64,000 nt of DNA from an uncultured virus (IMG/VR IMGVR_UViG_3300020137_000030) (lineage: Duplodnaviria > Heunggongvirae > Uroviricota > Caudoviricetes). Below the pieces are notes generated by a model that did no database searches, was not told the DNA's origin, and worked only from the letters and a program-made list of their open reading frames with translations. How positions within the stretch are numbered: the stretch's first letter is position 1; every line of letters begins with the position of its first letter. The position numbers were made by a program, and so were the translations under genes. Below, piece after piece: positions 58,816 to 64,000 of the stretch. The stretch lies in the IMG/VR virus record IMGVR_UViG_3300020137_000030; one strand, 5' to 3'.

Positions 58816-59744
58816 GCGTCGACGCGATCGACCTGTTCGCCGGGTTCGGCGGCCTGACCCTCGGAGCCGAGCAGGCAGGCGCGAACGTCGTGTGGGCAGG
58901 CAACCACTGGCCGACGGCGGTCGCCACCCACGCCCGCAACCACCCACGCACCGTCCACGCCTGCCAGGACCTGCGCCAGACCGACTGGACCACCCTGCCC
59001 GCCTACCGCCTGCTGTGCGCCGCACCCGCATGCCAACCGCACAGCAGCGCCTCTCAGCCCAAGCGCCGCAAGGACGCCGAAGCCGTCCGGGCGACCGCGT
59101 TCGCCGTGATCGACTGCGCCGACGTCACCGAGCCGGAGGCGATCATCGTGGAGAACGTGCCAAACTTCGTCCGCTGGCGCCTGTACCCGTGGTGGAAGGA
59201 AGGGCTCGAGCGCCTGGGCTACCAGGTCGAGCCAAGGATCGTCACGGCTTCCCGCATGGGGGTCCCGCAGCGCCGCACACGCCTGTTCGTGGTCGCGACG
59301 CGCCCGGGCGTGACGGTCCGGCCGTTCCAGGTCCAGGACGTCGAGCCTGCGATCGGCCCGCACCTGCTGACCGACGACCAGGTCCCCGCCACCGCGTGGA
59401 GGTCCGTCGCCGAGGCCACCGCAGGAGTGCGTTCGCGCGTCTGCCGGGGGCGTGAGCGTCACGGGGTGCGGTTCCTCACCCAGCACGTCACCGGGCATCC
59501 CGGCGTGCCGCTGCACGAGCCGATCCGAACCATCACGACCGCGGCCCAGCACTGGAACCTCGTCGACGGCGACCGGTACCGGCCGCTCGCGCCGCGTGAG
59601 CTCGCGCGCGCCAGCGGCTTCCCGGACACGTTCGCGTGGGACGAGTCGCTCAGCATCGCGGACGTGACCAAAGGCATCGGCAACGCCGTGTGCCCACCGG
59701 TCGGCCGAGAGGTCGTCTCAGCGGTCCTGGACGCCATCGGATAG
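58812..59744 (+). CDS. C5-cytosine DNA methyltransferase (orphan)
   Basis: DLFAGFGG, PACQ, ENV, QRRTR, GNAV. Confidence 0.9.
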   Translation: MSVDAIDLFAGFGGLTLGAEQAGANVVWAGNHWPTAVATHARNHPRTVHACQDLRQTDWTTLPAYRLLCAAPACQPHSSASQPKRRKDAEAVRATAFAVIDCADVTEPEAIIVENVPNFVRWRLYPWWKEGLERLGYQVEPRIVTASRMGVPQRRTRLFVVATRPGVTVRPFQVQDVEPAIGPHLLTDDQVPATAWRSVAEATAGVRSRVCRGRERHGVRFLTQHVTGHPGVPLHEPIRTITTAAQHWNLVDGDRYRPLAPRELARASGFPDTFAWDESLSIADVTKGIGNAVCPPVGREVVSAVLDAIG

Positions 59745-59765
59745 CGTCGCCCCGCACGGGCGGGC

Positions 59766-60617
59766 TCAGGCGGGTCGCACGGACTCGACCGGGGCCCGCA
59801 CGAGCCTCCCACGGTCGCGCAGGTGGACCACCACACTGGTGCGCCCGACCCTGGTGACCGGCCCCGACTCGCCGTCGTACTCGTGGCCGGGCAGGTCGAT
59901 CGTGACGGTGTCGCCCACCTTGAGCGTGACCGTCGCCTTCGGTTCCGGGTGGCGGGCGACGGCGGCAGCGACCTGCGGGTCGACGACGTTGCGGGTCCAC
60001 TCGAAGCGCCGCTCGTCGGGGGCCTGGTCGCGCGGGTGGTCTCGGTGCCCGCAGTAGCCCAGCGTGCGCTTGCGCGGCGACGGCATCCGACCCTGCGTGA
60101 CGGTGTGCCCCGACGGGCAGGTCCCCACGACCGCCGCGGTCTGGACGGTGACGTCCTGGTCGAGCCGGACCGTGGCTGTCGGGTCGGCCCCGAGACGCAG
60201 CGCGGTCGCCTGCCAGCGTGACCCGTGCCCGTCGTGCGGGCCGCACAACGCGTGGGCGACCTCGTGCAGGACCGTGTCGAGCCGCTCGGCGCCGTCCACC
60301 GCGGCCATCTTCGGCCCGGACAGGACGATCAGCCGCCGGGCGTGGTGGGTGGACCCCAGCCGGGACCCGAGCTTGGACGTGTACGCGAGCGTCCAGTCGT
60401 GCAGTCCGTGCTCGTCCATCGTCTTGCGCGCCTGCACGTACAGGGCGTCGAGCAGGTCTCCGGGTGCGACGTGCGGGTCGTCGGCGTACGGGTCGACGGC
60501 GGGTGGTTGCGCCTCGAGCGTGACGGCGGGCTCGTCGCGCGCCTTCGTGACGAACTGGCCTGCCCCGGCCCCGGGGGCACGGTTGCGCGGGTGGGCGGAC
60601 TCGACGAACGTTGCCAT
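59766..60617 (-). CDS. SprT-like zinc metalloprotease with N-terminal GQF peptide
   Basis: LHEVAHAL...GHG..W; ATG 9 nt after minus-strand CCGCACAT; target of array-1 spacer 3. Confidence 0.8.
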   Translation of the reverse strand: MATFVESAHPRNRAPGAGAGQFVTKARDEPAVTLEAQPPAVDPYADDPHVAPGDLLDALYVQARKTMDEHGLHDWTLAYTSKLGSRLGSTHHARRLIVLSGPKMAAVDGAERLDTVLHEVAHALCGPHDGHGSRWQATALRLGADPTATVRLDQDVTVQTAAVVGTCPSGHTVTQGRMPSPRKRTLGYCGHRDHPRDQAPDERRFEWTRNVVDPQVAAAVARHPEPKATVTLKVGDTVTIDLPGHEYDGESGPVTRVGRTSVVVHLRDRGRLVRAPVESVRPA

Positions 60618-60659
60618 GCCCGATGGATGTGCGGGGCGGGTGCCGCACATCGAAGCAGC

Positions 60660-60986
60660 ATGGACACGACCGCCGAGCCGATGGAGCGCACCTGCATGAT
60701 CTGCGGGCGCAGCGAGCTGGATCACCCCGCGCGCGGCTGGCGCAACGCCTGCTTGGTCGCGTTCGAGGCGAGCCGCTCCACCTACGCGCAGGGGGAGCAG
60801 CGTGCATCTCTGGGCCTGTGGCCCGCCGCGGCGTGGGAGGCGTTCCAGCGGCTGCACGCCCTGACCGCGGCCACGTTCCGTGACGCGCCGGAGCCGGACG
60901 TCGCCGAGTGGGTGGACCGCCTGCAGGCCGAACGGTCCCGTCAGGGGCGCGGCAGCCTCTACCAGCTGCCCGTCCCGCTGTTCTGA
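60660..60986 (+). CDS. Hypothetical protein
   Basis: ATG 9 nt after CCGCACAT; CxxC. Confidence 0.55.
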   Translation: MDTTAEPMERTCMICGRSELDHPARGWRNACLVAFEASRSTYAQGEQRASLGLWPAAAWEAFQRLHALTAATFRDAPEPDVAEWVDRLQAERSRQGRGSLYQLPVPLF

Positions 60987-61027
60987 GCAGGCTGCGGGCA
61001 GGCGTCGACGCCGCACATCTGTCCGGC

Positions 61028-61990
61028 ATGAGCCAGGACCTCGGACAGCACCGCGGCGGCTTCCGCCGCTACGTCTCGCCCCTGCGCTACCCGGGCGGGA
61101 AGGCGCGCATGGCGCCGTTCCTGGCTGACGTGTTCGCCGAGCAGGTCGGCGAGCTCGCGGTGGAGGTCTGGTTCGAGCCGTTCGCCGGGGGTGCCGGGGC
61201 TGCGCTCACCCTGCTGGACGCCGACGCCGTCCCGGAGGTGTGGCTGGTGGAGAAGCATCCCGCCATCGCGGCGATGTGGCGCACCGTCCTGGCCGACGGC
61301 GCGCACCTGGCGGCTCGGGTCGAGGCGGCCGTCCCGGACCTGGCGCTGTACGCCTGGGCGCGCGGCGTCGTGGCGGCCTCGGGCGACGAGCATGACGACG
61401 CGGACCTGGGGTTCGCCGCCCTGGTCCTGAACCGGTGCTCCCGCTCGGGGATCGTGCACCCGTCCAGCGGCCCCATCGGCGGCAAGCACCAGACCGGTCG
61501 TTGGACGGTCGCCTCCCGCTGGAACGGGCCGTCCTTGGCCGAGCGGATCCGGCATGTTGCCCGTCTCGCACCCCGGATCAGGTTCTGGCAGGGCGATGCC
61601 GTGGCGGCACTGGAGGAGCTGGCGGGGTCGGGGATCGAGGACGAGGTGCTGGCGTTCGTCGACCCTCCGTACCTGCGGGAGGGCAACCGCCTGTACGCCA
61701 ACGGCATGTCCCAGCACGACCACCAGCGGCTCGCCGACGTCTTGAACGTCAGTCCGGCGCGCTGGCTGCTCACCTACGACGACGAGCCTGCCGTGGCCCG
61801 TGATCTGTACCCCGAGCGCCGCGTCCTGGCCTACCGGATCGCGAACACTGCGAACCGGGTGCGCATCGCGACGGAGCACGCCGTCCTGTCGCCGCACCTG
61901 GACCTGCCTGTCGGTCTGGAGATGCTTCCCGGCGCGCAGGTCTCGTGGGTGCGGGCTCGCGACCTGGGGACGTACCGCGCGGCCGGGTGA
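61028..61990 (+). CDS. Dam-like (D12 class) DNA adenine methyltransferase
   Basis: SPLRYPGGK, EPFAGG, FVDPPY. Confidence 0.9.
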   Translation: MSQDLGQHRGGFRRYVSPLRYPGGKARMAPFLADVFAEQVGELAVEVWFEPFAGGAGAALTLLDADAVPEVWLVEKHPAIAAMWRTVLADGAHLAARVEAAVPDLALYAWARGVVAASGDEHDDADLGFAALVLNRCSRSGIVHPSSGPIGGKHQTGRWTVASRWNGPSLAERIRHVARLAPRIRFWQGDAVAALEELAGSGIEDEVLAFVDPPYLREGNRLYANGMSQHDHQRLADVLNVSPARWLLTYDDEPAVARDLYPERRVLAYRIANTANRVRIATEHAVLSPHLDLPVGLEMLPGAQVSWVRARDLGTYRAAG

Positions 61991-62011
61991 ACTTCGCCCC
62001 CGAGCCTGGTG

Positions 62012-62159
62012 GTCCCGCCCATGCGGGCGAGGGGACGGCCGCACACTAGGCGGCACGAGCAGCAGCGCCCCCGTCCCGCCCACGCGGGCGAGGGGACGGC
62101 GTCAGGGCGCGGTAGGTGGCGGTGCACGCCTGGGTCCCGCCCACGCGGCACGGGACGGG
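62012..62159 (+). CRISPR. Orphan mini-array 5: 3 repeats (last degenerate), 2 spacers, no tracr-like leader
   Basis: GTCCCGCCCAYGCGGGCGAGGGGACGGC at 62012 and 62073; degenerate at 62134; 61-nt period. Confidence 0.85.
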
Positions 62160-62187
62160 ACACCGGGGCGCCGCACATAGGTGCCGC

Positions 62188-63147
62188 ATGAGTACCACCC
62201 GAGCCACACCGCTGATGGTCCCCACCAAGGCGCACACGCCACCGCAGATGGTCGTGCCCCGTGCCCGGCCGCCGCGGGCGTCACTGTCCATGCGCACCCT
62301 GTCCAAGCGGGTCGTCGCGTGGGCATGCGTGTGCGACACCGACCCCGAGCCGATGACCGGCACCGTCACGCTCACCACCACGTCCGGCGAGGACGCACCG
62401 CAGTCGGCGTTCATCGAGTGCGTCGACGAGGTGCTCGCCACGCTGGACGGATGGTTCTGCGACCTGGCCGCCCGTCACGGGTGCGACTACGTCGAGCTGG
62501 CGCTGTCGAATCCCGGCCTGCGGGCCGCGATGCTCACGCGCACCGACCTGCGGCACGTGGCGGTCCTGCCGGCGTCGTTCGTCACCGGACGCGACGAGAT
62601 CGTCACGGCCAGCGTCGCGCTCGCCGACGAGATGCACCTGCGGCTGATCGCCCCGAGCGCGGACGCGACCGTCGACGTGGCTGTCGCGGTGTCGTTGCGG
62701 GCGCGTCGGCGTGGCGCGGGCCTGGCGTGGGTGCGCCCGGACGGCCTGTACGAGACCCGGTTCGCGGACGTGTCCGACCGGTCGGCGGCGAGCGTCCTCG
62801 CGCTGGCGATGGCGCTGCGCGCCCACCGGTGGCACCCGGGGCGGCTGAACCTGGCCACCGCCGACCGTCTCGCCGCCCGGCTCGCACGCGACGCCATGGC
62901 ATCCCGCGACCTGTCGGTCGTCCCGGCTCGTGCCGCCAGCCAGCGGCACCTGCGGCAGTTCGAGCCGGCCGGTCAGGTGCGGGTGGTCGTCAGCGGCCAC
63001 GACGACGTCCTGGCGTCGGCCGCCGCCCGGCTGGCGTTGCTGTCGCGACGTGACCACGAGGTCGGCATCGAGGGTGCACAGCACCAGGAGCGTGCCACGG
63101 CGGCCGTCCGGGACGAGCTCGGGACGCCGCTGAAGCGTTCGGCTTGA
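62188..63147 (+). CDS. Hypothetical protein
   Basis: ATG 9 nt after CCGCACAT. Confidence 0.6.
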   Translation: MSTTRATPLMVPTKAHTPPQMVVPRARPPRASLSMRTLSKRVVAWACVCDTDPEPMTGTVTLTTTSGEDAPQSAFIECVDEVLATLDGWFCDLAARHGCDYVELALSNPGLRAAMLTRTDLRHVAVLPASFVTGRDEIVTASVALADEMHLRLIAPSADATVDVAVAVSLRARRRGAGLAWVRPDGLYETRFADVSDRSAASVLALAMALRAHRWHPGRLNLATADRLAARLARDAMASRDLSVVPARAASQRHLRQFEPAGQVRVVVSGHDDVLASAAARLALLSRRDHEVGIEGAQHQERATAAVRDELGTPLKRSA

Positions 63148-63223
63148 GGCGGCGGAAGGTGGGGCGCGGGCCCCCGCACATCTACCCCTTCACCTACGAG
63201 CCCGACCACCATGAAGGATCGCC

Positions 63224-63484
63224 ATGGCCAGCATCACCGTCTACAGCAAGCCCGCCTGCGTGCAGTGCAACGCCACCTACCGCGCCCTCGACAAGCTCGG
63301 CGCACCGTACACCGTCATCGACATCTCCGAGGACCCGGACGCGCGCGACTTCGCCATGTCGTTCGGCCACCTCAGCGCCCCCGTCGTGGTCGTCGACGGC
63401 ATCGACGGCGTCGACAACTGGGGCGGGTACCGTCCCGACCGGATCAAGGCCGTCGCGGAGCTGATCGCCGCCGAAGCGGCCTGA
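63224..63484 (+). CDS. nrdH: Glutaredoxin-like protein NrdH
   Basis: ITVYSKPACVQCNATYRALD...APVV...WGGYRPDRI. Confidence 0.93.
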   Translation: MASITVYSKPACVQCNATYRALDKLGAPYTVIDISEDPDARDFAMSFGHLSAPVVVVDGIDGVDNWGGYRPDRIKAVAELIAAEAA

Positions 63485-63491
63485 GCCCGCA

Positions 63492-63539
63492 CACGACGAA
63501 GGCCCCGGCGCGAGGGATGCGTCGGGGCCTTCGTCGTGC
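63492..63539. terminator. Probable bidirectional terminator hairpin
   Basis: CACGACGAAGGCCCCG...CGGGGCCTTCGTCGTG between convergent genes. Confidence 0.7.
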
Positions 63540-63545
63540 CTGGGG

Positions 63546-64000
63546 TCAGGCGGCGGGTGCGCCAGCGAGGTAGTCGCGGTACAGGTCGCGGGCGGGCTCG
63601 TACGTGGCGGACACCTGCGCCAGGACGTCACGGCCCCGCTCGAGCGCGCCCAGGGCGCGGGTCGCGAGGGCTGCGGGGTCGCCGACGAGCGCTGCGGCGA
63701 CGTCGTCGCTGGCTGCGGCGAGGGCATGCTCGAAGGGGCGCCCCGTGGTCGGGTCGTCGGCGTTGCCGACGGCGACCGACGCGTAGCCGAGCATGCGGCG
63801 CACCTCGGCGGCGAACACGATCGGCAGGTCGGCCAGGGCCCGCTCGCGCCAGTCCTCACCGAGCGCCTGCGCGACCAGCTCCTGCGTGGCCGGGTCGACG
63901 TCGACGCCGCGCAGCACGTCACAGACGGCGTCCGCGACCTTGCCGGCCTGCTCGCGCAGGTCACCGTCCGCGAGGCGTTCCAGCAGCGCGTAGGCGGCGG
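63546..64000 (-). CDS. Hypothetical protein, 5' end outside window
   Basis: Open frame ending at 63546, convergent on the terminator. Confidence 0.55.
   Translation of the reverse strand, partial: AAYALLERLADGDLREQAGKVADAVCDVLRGVDVDPATQELVAQALGEDWRERALADLPIVFAAEVRRMLGYASVAVGNADDPTTGRPFEHALAAASDDVAAALVGDPAALATRALGALERGRDVLAQVSATYEPARDLYRDYLAGAPAA

Overview
High-GC actinobacterial mobile DNA, most consistent with part of a large conjugative (mega)plasmid or ICE. No phage structural genes and no chromosomal core operons are visible. Contents: a primase-helicase; a Gram-positive-type conjugation set (VirB4 with a class-3 LAGLIDADG intein, VirB6-like, VirB8/TcpC-like, pilin-like and NlpC/P60 proteins); two sigma-factor-like genes; WhiB and DinG; four DNA methyltransferases including a type III R-M pair; an IS200/IS605 (tnpA+tnpB) inserted in an ImmA/IrrE gene; and about 35 tRNA genes covering all 20 amino acids plus a tmRNA. 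The headline system is at 37.7-48.9 kb. A 1123-aa Cas12b(C2c1)-like protein has two of three RuvC catalytic residues substituted, so it is apparently nuclease-dead. Four CRISPR arrays surround it (28-nt type I-E-like repeat, 61-nt period). Each array is directly fused to its own copy of a ~160-nt structured RNA that carries a bulged anti-repeat (tracrRNA-like). An SF2 helicase gene is embedded in the locus and no cas1/cas2 lies in the window. One spacer matches a gene of this same element perfectly (33/33), and a fifth mini-array carries a spacer against an nrdH homolog. An element-wide motif, CCGCACAT, sits exactly 9 nt upstream of 14 start codons and also precedes every tracr-array cassette, suggesting a private sigma-factor regulon. 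All family assignments come from motif reading by eye, not database searches.
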